Assembly: GCA_963770895.1 (NCBI GenBank)
Contig: CAVYRF010000001.1
Coordinates: forward strand, 576,001 to 640,000
Direction of reading: 5' to 3'
Origin: an uncultured Acidobacteriota bacterium
GTDB lineage: Bacteria > Acidobacteriota > Thermoanaerobaculia > Multivoradales > UBA5704
DNA length: 64,000 nt
In this document: positions 8,345 through 18,000 of the stretch, in pieces
Numbering within the stretch: the first letter of the stretch is position 1
How the letters are laid out: each line of letters starts with the position of its first letter
Translations under genes and position numbers: made by a program
Notes under the pieces: model-generated
The model's database searches: none
What the model saw: the letters and a program-made list of their open reading frames with translations, nothing else
What the model was told of the DNA's origin: nothing

Positions 8345-9370
8345 ATGTCGATGTCGAAACCTTTCTATTCCAGCCGCCGCCGGCAGCGCCCGCGGCTCTC
8401 GCGGCAGCCGTCCGGCGCCACGCTCGCGATGCTCGCCCTGGCGGTCCTCTGCCTGGGGTCCGCGGCGGCAGCGCGCCTGCATGCCGCGCCTCCGGCGCTG
8501 GCGCCGGTGCCGGCACAGACGCCAAAGGCATCGCCGCCGGCAACCGCCGCGGCGACGGCGCCGCTCAAGATCGGCGTCACGCTGCACCCCTACTATTCGT
8601 GGACCAAAAACATCGTCGGCGACCTGCCGGGCTTCGAGGTGCGGCCTATCCTGCCGGGAGAGATCGACGCCGGCGACTACCAGCCGCGGCCGGAGGACAT
8701 CCGCAAGCTCGCCGACCTGGACGCGCTGGTGATCAACGGCATCGGCCACGACGATTTCATCCTGCCGATGCTCAAAGCGTCGGGCAACCGCAAGGTCGTG
8801 CTGATCCGCCCCAACGACGTGACGCCGCAGATCCGCTCGGTGCACGGCACGGCGGTCAACTCGCACACCTTCATCTCGTTCACCAACGCCGTGCAGCAGA
8901 CCTACGCCATCGAAAGGGCGCTGGCGGCGCTGCGGCCGCAGGCGGCGGCGGCGTTGCAAAAGAACGCCGAAGACTACGCGCGGCGCCTGCGGCTGATCAA
9001 GGCGCGCGCCGCCGACCAGCTGGCCGCGGCCAGGATCACGCGCGTCGTCACCGTCCACGACGGCTACGGCTACCTGCTCCAGGAGTTCGGCCTTGAGGTC
9101 GCCGGCGTGGTGCAGCCGGCGCACGGCCTCACCCCCTCGGCGGCGGAGCTGCGCGACATGGTGAAGCTGCTGCGGCGCGAGCACATCCGCGTCGTCTTCA
9201 GCGAGGAGAGCTTCCCGCAGCCGCTGCTCGACGTGCTGCGCAACGAAGGCGGCGCGCGGGTCTACATCATCAGTCACATCGCCTCCGGCGCCTACACCGC
9301 CGACAAGTTCGAAAAGGAGATGCAGAAAAACGTCGACACCATGATCCAGGCCCTGGTCAAGGACGCCTGA
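8345..9370 (+). CDS. Metal ABC transporter substrate-binding protein (cluster A-I, FpvC/ZnuA-like)
   Basis: Signal peptide and the motifs IGVTLHPYYS, NGIGHDD, NSHTF, TVHDGYGYLLQEFGLEV, PAHG, VFSE and ISHI. Confidence 0.9.
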   Translation: MSMSKPFYSSRRRQRPRLSRQPSGATLAMLALAVLCLGSAAAARLHAAPPALAPVPAQTPKASPPATAAATAPLKIGVTLHPYYSWTKNIVGDLPGFEVRPILPGEIDAGDYQPRPEDIRKLADLDALVINGIGHDDFILPMLKASGNRKVVLIRPNDVTPQIRSVHGTAVNSHTFISFTNAVQQTYAIERALAALRPQAAAALQKNAEDYARRLRLIKARAADQLAAARITRVVTVHDGYGYLLQEFGLEVAGVVQPAHGLTPSAAELRDMVKLLRREHIRVVFSEESFPQPLLDVLRNEGGARVYIISHIASGAYTADKFEKEMQKNVDTMIQALVKDA

Positions 9371-9373
9371 GCG

Positions 9374-10213
9374 GTGACCGAGCCGCAGCGCGACAGCGAG
9401 CCCGCGGATGGATCCGCGCCCGACGGCGGCCCTCGGCGCCAGCCGCGGCCGCAGGCCCCGCCGCTGCTGGAGCTGCGGCAGCTGACCGTGGCGCGCGGCG
9501 GCGAGACGTTGCTCTCGGGCGTCGACCTGGTGGTGGCGCGCGGCGATCTGCACGTCGTGGTCGGCGCCAACGGCGCCGGCAAGAGCACGCTGCTGGCCGC
9601 CATCCTGGGTCAGATCGCGTTTGCCGGCCGCATCGTCGCCCACTGGCGCGCCGGCGGCCGCATCGGCTTCGTGCCGCAGACCTTCGCCGTCGATCGCACG
9701 CTGCCGGTGACGGTCGCCGACTTCCTGGCGCTCACCCGCCAGCGGCGGCCGGTCTGCCTGGGGATCACGCCGGAGGCGCGCCGGCGCGTCGCCGCGCTCC
9801 TCGCCCGCGTCGGTCTCGATTCCCTGGCGGCGCGCCCGCTGTCGGTGCTGTCGGGAGGCGAGCTGCGGCGGGTGCTGCTGGCGCACGCGCTCGACCCGCT
9901 GCCGGAGCTGCTGCTGCTCGACGAGCCGGCGAGCGGCCTCGATCCGGCGGCGGGCCAATGGCTGGAGCAGCTGCTGGTCGAGCTCTGCCGGCGGCAGGGC
10001 GTCACCGTGTTGATGGTCTCGCACGACCTGGCGCAGGCGCGGCGCCTGGCCGATCGCGTGACCGTGCTGGCGCGCGGCGTCCGCGCCGACGGACCGCCGG
10101 GCCAGGTGCTCACCGGGGCGCTGCCTGAGGCGCCACCGCCGGACTCGGCGCCCGCGGCGACCCAGCCTGCGCCAGTGGCACCGCCGGCCCTCTCCATGGG
10201 CTTGGCGGGGTAG
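9374..10213 (+). CDS. Metal ABC transporter ATP-binding protein (ZnuC/FpvD-like)
   Basis: Walker A GANGAGKST, signature LSGGE, Walker B LLLLDEP and H-loop SHD. Confidence 0.95.
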   Translation: MTEPQRDSEPADGSAPDGGPRRQPRPQAPPLLELRQLTVARGGETLLSGVDLVVARGDLHVVVGANGAGKSTLLAAILGQIAFAGRIVAHWRAGGRIGFVPQTFAVDRTLPVTVADFLALTRQRRPVCLGITPEARRRVAALLARVGLDSLAARPLSVLSGGELRRVLLAHALDPLPELLLLDEPASGLDPAAGQWLEQLLVELCRRQGVTVLMVSHDLAQARRLADRVTVLARGVRADGPPGQVLTGALPEAPPPDSAPAATQPAPVAPPALSMGLAG

Positions 10214-10229
10214 GGGAGCGGGCGGCGGG

Positions 10230-11132
10230 ATGTTCGAGCGCTTCTACGGCTGGGTGGCGGAGCTGGCGCGGGCGGGCCACCTGCCGGCGGATTTTCAATA
10301 TCCGTTCCTGGTGCGCGGCTTTCTCGCCGTGCTGGTGCTGGCGCCGCTGCTCGGCGGCCTGTCCCACCTGGTGGTGGCGCGGCGCATGGCGTTTTTCAGC
10401 GCCGCCCTGGGCCAGGCGGCGCTCACCGGCCTGTCGCTCGGCCTGCTGCTCGGCGAGCCGCTCAACGCGCCCTATGGCGGCATCTTCAGCTTCTGCCTGC
10501 TGTCGGCCCTCGGCATGGTGTACGTCAAGCGGCGTTCGGCGCTGCCGCCCGACACCCTGATCGGGGTGTTCCTGGCGCTGACCCTGGGCCTGGGCATCTG
10601 CCTGCTGGTCGCGGTGACGCGGCGCTTCAACATCCACCAGGTCGAATCGGTGATGTTCGGCAGCCTGCTGACGGTGACCGACGGCGACCTGCTGCTGCTG
10701 CTGGCGGCGGGAGCCTGGATCGCGGTGCTGCTGGCGCGCCAGTACAACGGCCTGCTGCTCGACAGCCTGAGCCCGCCGATCGCCGGCGCCGCGGGCGTCG
10801 ACAGCGCCTACGTCGAGTACCTGTTCGCGGTCATCCTGACCACCGCCATCGTGGTGGCGCTCAAGATCATCGGCGCGCTGCTGGTCGAGGCGCTGGTGGT
10901 GGTGCCGGCGGCGGCGGCGCGCAACCTGGCGCGCGGCGCGCGCAGCTACCTGCTGGCCAGCGTCGCCATCGCCTTCCTGGCCGGCGCCGGCGGCCTGGGC
11001 ATCTCCACCCGCCTGCTGGTGCCGACGGGCGGCGCCGTCGTCCTGGCCGCCAGCCTGCTGTTCTTCGCCACCCTGGCGCTGGGCGCCCTGCTGCAACGCC
11101 GCGGCCGCCGCGCCGGAGGAGGAGGCGCGTGA
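10230..11132 (+). CDS. Metal ABC transporter permease (ABC-3, ZnuB/FpvE-like)
   Basis: Multi-TM protein with VVARRMAFFSAALG, MFGSLLTV and IIGALLVEALVVVPAAAARNL. Confidence 0.92.
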   Translation: MFERFYGWVAELARAGHLPADFQYPFLVRGFLAVLVLAPLLGGLSHLVVARRMAFFSAALGQAALTGLSLGLLLGEPLNAPYGGIFSFCLLSALGMVYVKRRSALPPDTLIGVFLALTLGLGICLLVAVTRRFNIHQVESVMFGSLLTVTDGDLLLLLAAGAWIAVLLARQYNGLLLDSLSPPIAGAAGVDSAYVEYLFAVILTTAIVVALKIIGALLVEALVVVPAAAARNLARGARSYLLASVAIAFLAGAGGLGISTRLLVPTGGAVVLAASLLFFATLALGALLQRRGRRAGGGGA

Positions 11133-11176
11133 CCGCGTGCTATCGTGCCGCGCTGGATCGAGCTGGGGGAGCGGTG

Positions 11177-12226
11177 ATGAGCGAGCGAGCAGGGGCGGTC
11201 GGCCTGGCGGCGCTCGCGCTCTGCCTGGCGGCCAGCGGCGCGAGCGGCTGCGGGCGGGCGGCGCAGGCGCCGCTTGGGGCCGCGGAGGTGCCGCCGATCG
11301 CCGTCCTGGCGCCGGGGGCTGCCGAGATGCTGGACGCCCTGGGCCTCCTCGATCGCGTGGTGGCGGTGGGCGACTACGTGGACTGGCCGCCGGCGATGCG
11401 CGCCCTGCCGCGGCTGGGAGCCTACGACGCACCCAACGAAGAGCGCGTCCTGGCGCTCGGAGTGAAGGTCCTGATCACCAGCCTGGGCAGGGAAGGCGCC
11501 TCACGCTTGAGCCATCTGGAAAGCCTGGGCGTCACCGTCCTGCGGCTCGACCTCAGCACCTTCGACGGCTCCTTCGGCGCCATCGAGCAGCTGGGCGCCC
11601 GCTTCGACCGGCGCGAGCGGGCGCGGGCGGTGCAGAGCGACATGCGCCAGCGCCTCGCGCGCGTGCAGCGCGCGGCTGCCGGCGCGCCGCGGCGGCGCGT
11701 GCTTTTCGTCGTCGGGCGCGATCCGCTCTACGTCGCCGGCGCCGGCTCCCACCTCGACCGCCTGATCCAGCTGGCCGGCGGCACCAACCTCGCCGCCGAC
11801 TCGCGCGCCCCCTACGAGCTGACCTCCTTCGAAGTCGTGCTGCGCCGCCGGCCCGAAGTCATCGTCGACACCGCGGAGAACCGCCCCGGCAGCGCCGTCG
11901 GCCGCCTGCTGGGAGATTGGCGCCAGTGGCCCTTCCTGCCCGCCGTGCGCGATCGCCGCGTCTATCACGTCGACCCCTGGCGGCTCAACGTCCCCGGCCC
12001 GCGCCTGCCGCAGATGGCCGAGCTGATGGGCAAGCTGATCCACCCTGAAATCTTCGGCGAAGCCGCGCCGGCGGCCCTGGCGGCGCCGGACGCGGCCAGC
12101 GCGGCGCCGGCTCCCAACGCGGCGACCGCAGCGGCTGCGCCGACCGCTGCACCCGCGGCGACCGCTGTGCCCGCAGCAGCTGCGGCGACCGCGACGCCTG
12201 CCGGGACCGCGGCAAGCGGACACTGA
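11177..12226 (+). CDS. btuF: Cobalamin/siderophore ABC substrate-binding lipoprotein (BtuF-like)
   Basis: Lipobox-like ASGC, then LAPGAAEMLDALGLLDRVVAVGDYVDWPP, PNEERVLAL and PGPRL. Ala/Pro/Thr-rich tail. Confidence 0.75.
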   Translation: MSERAGAVGLAALALCLAASGASGCGRAAQAPLGAAEVPPIAVLAPGAAEMLDALGLLDRVVAVGDYVDWPPAMRALPRLGAYDAPNEERVLALGVKVLITSLGREGASRLSHLESLGVTVLRLDLSTFDGSFGAIEQLGARFDRRERARAVQSDMRQRLARVQRAAAGAPRRRVLFVVGRDPLYVAGAGSHLDRLIQLAGGTNLAADSRAPYELTSFEVVLRRRPEVIVDTAENRPGSAVGRLLGDWRQWPFLPAVRDRRVYHVDPWRLNVPGPRLPQMAELMGKLIHPEIFGEAAPAALAAPDAASAAPAPNAATAAAAPTAAPAATAVPAAAAATATPAGTAASGH

Positions 12227-13278
12227 TGGCGGCTCCGCTCGCTCCCCGGCGGTTGGTCGCCTGGTGCGCCGGGTTGGCCCTGCTGCTGGCCCTGGCCATC
12301 ATCCTGGGAGCCACCTTCGGCGCCGGTGGCACCGCCTCGCCCGCCCAGCTCCTCGGGTGGGGCGCGCCGCTCGGCCGCGTCGATGCCGCCATCCTGCTGC
12401 GCGTGCGGCTGCCGCGCGTGCTGCTCGCCGCCGTCCTGGGCGGCGCGCTCACCAGCGCCGGCGTCGCCTTCCAGGCGCTGCTGCGCAACCCCCTGGCCGA
12501 TCCCTACGTCCTGGGCGTCTCGGGAGGCGCCAGCGTCGGCGGGGTGCTGGCGCTGCTCTTCGGGCTGGGAGCCGTGCGCCTGCCGCTCGTCGGCCCCCTG
12601 GGCGTGCCCGCCTGCGCCTTTCTGGGCGCCCTGGGCGCGCTCTGGCTGATCGAATGGATCGCCACCGTCGACGGGCGCCTCACCGTCTACACCATCCTGC
12701 TCACCGGCGCGATCTTCAACGCCTTCAGCGGCGCGGTGATCTACTTCCTGCAGAGCATCGCGTCGCTCCAGGAGCTGCACCAGATCGTCTTCTACCTGAT
12801 GGGGTCCGTCCCGTCCTACGGCTACCCCGCGGTGGCCGCCCTGGCCGCCGTGTCGCTGCTGGCCACCCTGGGCCTGCTCGCCCAGGGCCGGCAGTTCAAC
12901 GCCCTCAGCATGGGCGAAGAGGGCGCCATGCAGCTGGGCGTCGACGTCGAGCGCTTGAAGCGCACGACGTTTCTGCTGGGAGCGCTTCTCACCGGCATGG
13001 CCGTCGCCGCCGCCGGCATGATCGGCTTCGTCGGCCTGATCGTGCCGCACCTGTTGCGCCTGGTCCTGGGACCCGACCACCGCCTGCTCCTGCCCGCCGG
13101 CTTCCTGGGCGGCGCCGCCTTCCTGGTCGTCGCCGACCTGCTGGCGCGCGTGCTCGCTGCGCCCAGCGAGATCCCCGTCGGCGTCGTCACCGCCCTGGTC
13201 GGGGGCCCCTTCTTTCTCTATTTGATGCGTCGCGGCGGCGGCCGGGGCCGGGGCCGAGGCCGCGAAGGCGTGCTCTGA
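12226..13278 (+). CDS. btuC: FecCD/BtuC family ABC permease
   Basis: RLPRVLLA, FQALLRNPLADPYVLGVSGGA, IGFVGLIVPH and EIPVGVVTALVGGPFF. Confidence 0.9.
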   Translation: MAAPLAPRRLVAWCAGLALLLALAIILGATFGAGGTASPAQLLGWGAPLGRVDAAILLRVRLPRVLLAAVLGGALTSAGVAFQALLRNPLADPYVLGVSGGASVGGVLALLFGLGAVRLPLVGPLGVPACAFLGALGALWLIEWIATVDGRLTVYTILLTGAIFNAFSGAVIYFLQSIASLQELHQIVFYLMGSVPSYGYPAVAALAAVSLLATLGLLAQGRQFNALSMGEEGAMQLGVDVERLKRTTFLLGALLTGMAVAAAGMIGFVGLIVPHLLRLVLGPDHRLLLPAGFLGGAAFLVVADLLARVLAAPSEIPVGVVTALVGGPFFLYLMRRGGGRGRGRGREGVL

Positions 13279-13291
13279 AGGTCGCTTGGTG

Positions 13292-14134
13292 ATGGCACCC
13301 CCGGATCGTCCCGCCATGCCTGACGTGTCGCCGGTGGCGCCCCTGGTCGCCGTCGAAGGGCTCGGCTATGCCTATCGCCAGGCGCCGGTGCTCGAAGACG
13401 TCCACCTGCACGTCGGCGCCGGCGAGGTCGTGGGACTCCTGGGACCCAACGGCTCGGGCAAGAGCACGCTCATCAAGGCCGTGTCCGGAATCCTGCCCGG
13501 CTACCGCGGCACCGTGCGCCTGGGCGGCAGCGACCTGCACGGCCTGTCGCGGCGGGACGTGGCCCGTTTCCTGGCGGTCGTCCCGCAGGAACCCACCTTC
13601 ACCTTCCCCTTTTCGGTGTTGGAGGTCGTCCTGATGGGCCGCCACCCCCACCTGGGCGCCTTCGAATTCGAATCGCGGGCCGACCTGGAAGCCGCCCGCA
13701 GCGCCCTGGCCCGCTGCGCCGCCGGCCACCTGGCCGACCGCACCATCCAGGAGCTCTCCGCCGGCGAGCGCCAGCGCGTCGTCTTCGCCCGCGGACTGGC
13801 CCAGTCCCCTCGCCTCCTGCTGCTCGACGAGCCCGCCAGCCACCTCGACATCCGCCACCAGGTCGAGATCTACGACCTGGTCCGCGAGCTCGCCCGGCAG
13901 CAAGGCCTGGGCATTCTCACCGTCCTCCACGAGCTCAACCTGGCCGCCGAATACTGCGACCGCGTCTACCTCCTCCGCAACGGCCGCGTCGCCCTGGACG
14001 GCCCCACGGCGCAGGTCTTCACCTACCAGAACCTGACCCACGTCTTCGAAGTCGACCTCTACGTCACCACCAACGACCTCACCGGCCGCCTCCTCATCGC
14101 CCCCCTCCCCGGCCACGCCCGCAAGCCCCTGTAG
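13292..14134 (+). CDS. btuD: FepC/BtuD family ABC ATP-binding protein
   Basis: GPNGSGKST, MGRHPH, LSAGERQR, LLLDEPASHLD and LHELNLAAEYCD. Start uncertain (13286-13316). Confidence 0.9.
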   Translation: MAPPDRPAMPDVSPVAPLVAVEGLGYAYRQAPVLEDVHLHVGAGEVVGLLGPNGSGKSTLIKAVSGILPGYRGTVRLGGSDLHGLSRRDVARFLAVVPQEPTFTFPFSVLEVVLMGRHPHLGAFEFESRADLEAARSALARCAAGHLADRTIQELSAGERQRVVFARGLAQSPRLLLLDEPASHLDIRHQVEIYDLVRELARQQGLGILTVLHELNLAAEYCDRVYLLRNGRVALDGPTAQVFTYQNLTHVFEVDLYVTTNDLTGRLLIAPLPGHARKPL

Positions 14135-14217
14135 CCCCTCTGCGTCCCTGCCGCGCTCGGAAGGCCTGGCCCGAGTGGCTTTCTGATGCGGCCGCCTCGT
14201 GCAAACAGGCCCAAAGC

Positions 14218-14766
<549 letters not shown>

Positions 14767-14802
14767 TACGCAAGTCTACCGCCGATGGGAAGGCGAGCAA
14801 AG

Positions 14803-15063
14803 TCAGCCTGGCTCTGGAGGTTCGGTTTCCTGTATGGGGTTCGCGGCAACAAAGGCTCTGCCTTTGTCCGTGATGAAGTATTTTGGTTGGGGGTGCTTTT
14901 CGGGAGGCACCGCGACGACGAAGCCGTTTTGTTTCAGGTATTGCAGGCAGTGCATGACGTCAGGTCCCCCGACAAGTCCAAAAAGACTCATGGAGCGATC
15001 GACCTGATACCAAGTCAGTTGGCCGTCGTGCTTCGCGATCAGGTATGCAATGACACTCATCAT
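14803..15063 (-). CDS. Putative immunity protein of the Rhs toxin (86 aa, winged-helix-like)
   Basis: ATG 4 nt after the Rhs stop and low GC like the toxin tip. LTWYQVDR...LQYLKQNGFV...YFITDKGR resembles a wHTH pattern. Confidence 0.7.
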   Translation of the reverse strand: MMSVIAYLIAKHDGQLTWYQVDRSMSLFGLVGGPDVMHCLQYLKQNGFVVAVPPEKHPQPKYFITDKGRAFVAANPIQETEPPEPG

Positions 15064-15067
15064 GCGA

Positions 15068-18000
15068 TCACTTTTTGAAAACCTTGATGGCGTCTGGGTG
15101 GTAGAGTTGTCCATTTTCGCCAGGGCCTCCAAGTCCATAGTCTTCCAGGGTGGCGGTGTGGGCATTGTTCCATAGATCGTGTGCTTCCAGCTCATCCACT
15201 GGTTCTCCACTCTCCCAGCCAAGTTTGCGGTAGCGAGTATACTCAGTCAGCTCATGGCTGTAAAAGTTGCGATCTACCGGGGTGGCCTCGATTTCGCCTC
15301 TGGCAATCGACCGCAGACGCTCGACCATGACTTGGTTAGCTGGGTCAGGGCCAAATCTTGACAGGTGGCGCTCGACAACCGCGATCCCATTGTCTTGAAT
15401 CTTGATCTTGTCGGCGGACAGATTGCGAACTGGACCGCCCGCGGCGTCCGGATCGAAGGGGCGATTGCTGGCGGGCCCGCGCGCACCCAATGGACGGCTT
15501 GGCTCCGGCACCGCGCTCTTGGTGGTTTCGGGGGCTCCAGCCTCGACTCCGGCGCCTTCGCTGCTTTCGGCGACCGTCGACGATTGGACGGTGTCCTGTG
15601 TGGCGGTGGCCTCGGCCGTCGCGGCTCCGCGCGAGGCCGCGGCGGTTTCCGTTGCGGTGGCGCTTTCGGCGGCAGCGGCACCTTCGGTGACCGCTGCGCC
15701 TTCTGTCACGGCGGCGCCTTCGGCGGCTGCCGCGGCGCTCTCGGTGGTCGCGGCGCCCGCGGCGGCTCCGGAGGCGGGGATCAATCCTGCCTTGGCGGCG
15801 GGTGCGGCGACCAGCAACGCGGTGCTGGCGATCTGCCCGACGCCGCCCAACAGCTCGCCGGTGGCTTGCAGTGCCTTTTCAGGATCGCCTTCGGCGACGG
15901 CTTCGCCGAAGTGCGTCCCAGCCTGTTGAATCTGGGTGACGCCGGTCAGCTGTTTGAGGTGCTCGACCTTGTCCGGAGCGTCTGAGAAACCGAGCGTGAC
16001 CACATGGGCGCGCTCCTTGAGCGTGCTGACCTCGGACGCGGCCTGCGCTTTCTCTACCAGGCTGCCCTTGGTGTGCTGGAAGGTCTTGACCTGTTTCTCC
16101 AGGGCGCTGATTTCGCCCACGGTGGCCAGGTCAAGGATGCCGGCGCCGATCTTGACGACGGATTTGACGTTGTTCTTGGTGAACTCCGTTGCGACGTCGG
16201 CGACCTGGTTGAGGTCCTTTTGGAACTCCTCCAAGCTGTAAAGGCCGTCCGGGTCGACGTATACGCTGGGATTGGCGAAGGCGTACAGGTACCGGTGCAG
16301 GCTGGGGGGAGTGTCGATGTTGCCTTCGACCGGGTCCTCGGTCAGGAAGCGCCCCACCGCCGGGTCGTAGTAGCGTGCCTTGAAGTAGTACAGGCCGGTT
16401 TCGCTGTCGCGCTCCTGGCCGGTGAAACCGAAGGCGCTGAAGGTGCTGCCGCCGGTGGCGCGGAAGTTGCCCCAGACGTCGTACTTGTAGGTAGCACGCA
16501 GGGCGCCGCTGGAAGTCGTCAGGTCGGTGACCGAGCCCAGCGAATCGAAGAGATAGAACGATCTACCCTCGGCCTGCTGATTTTGCGACAGCAGGCGGTC
16601 CGGACCGTAGTCGTATTTGGCCAGGGTCGTGCCGCTGGCATCGGTTTCCAGCAGGACGCTCTTGTCGTCGTAGGCGTAGTGGATGTAGCCCAGGGCGCCC
16701 TGCTTGAGGATCCGCAGGCCCTTGTAGTCGTACTCGTAGGTGCCCAGGGTGGAGGAGCCCTGGAGGACGGCGGTGAGCTGGGCGCGGACGTCGAACTGGA
16801 AGGTGGTGGTGGTGCCGTTCTGGGATTTGGACGTCTGGTTGCCGTTGGCGTCGTAGGTGTAGGCGACGCTCTGGGCAGGATTGATGTTGTCGGTGATGGT
16901 GGTCAGCTGGTGGCGCGCGTTGTAGGCCAGCAGGTGATTGGTCAGGGCGGTGCCGGCGGTGGCGGTGGCGACGGCGCTTTCGGTCAGCCGGTCGCCCACC
17001 CGGTCGTAGGTGTAGGCGACCTTCTGGTCGGCGTAGGTGGCGCCGGTCAGGCGGTCGGCGGCGTCGTACGCGTAGGTTGTCGTCTCCCCGCCGGCGGCAC
17101 CGTTGGCGCGAATCTCCAGCTGCTGGGTGCGGTTGCCGTCGGGGTCGTATTGATATTCAAAGTGCGACAGGACGACCGGCACCGCGTTGGGCGGCGAGCT
17201 TGGCGTCTCGCGGTTTTCCAGCACCTGGACCCTGGCGGCGGCGTCGTAGGTGGTGGCCTCGACGGCGCCGTTGGGGTAGGTGACGGTTTTCAGGCGGCTG
17301 TCGCGGAAATAGTCGTAGTTGCTGATGCCGGCGCTCGGGATGTTGACGGCGGTCAGCCGGTTCAAGGCGTCGTAGGTGTAGCGGGTGACGTTGCCGTCGG
17401 GGTCCTGCAGGCTGGTGCGGTTGCCGATCGGGTCGTAGGTGTAGGCCAGGGTGAGGTTGTAGCGATCGGTGACGCTCTGCAGGCGATCGAACAGGTCGTA
17501 GCCGCGGACGGTCTGGCGCGTCGCGGGGGTGCCGGTCCAGGTTTCGGTGATCGCGGTGGGGTTGTTGTTGGGGTCGTAGGTGAAGGCGATGCCGGACAGG
17601 TCGTCGCCGGTGGGGGCGGCCGGCAGGGGATAGGCGGCGGCGGCCTGGCGGTCGAGATTGTCGTAGGAGTAGCCAATGGTCTGGCCGTCGGCATCCTGCA
17701 GGCTGATGCGGTTGCCGTTGGGGTCGTAGCCGTAGTGCTCGGCCGCCGTATCGGGATAGGTCTTGCTGGTGGCGCGGTTGAGCGCGTCAAAGGCCCATTG
17801 GGTGGTGCGGCTTTCGGCGTCGGTGACGGCGGTGCGGTTGCTGTTGAGGTCGTAGGTGTAGGTCGTCAGGTTGCCGAGCGGGTCCTGCACCTGGGTCAGG
17901 CGGTTGGCGCCGTCGTAGGTGTACGTCCAGGGCTTCCCCGCAAAGGCCGGCCGCTGCTTTTGCAGGCGGTTGCCGACGCCGTCGTAGGTATAGGTGGTGG

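Noticed and set aside
6884-10024. 1046-aa minus-strand ORF
   Set aside because: It is antisense to the ABC operon. Only the last 88 codons, which have their own RBS and signal peptide, look real.
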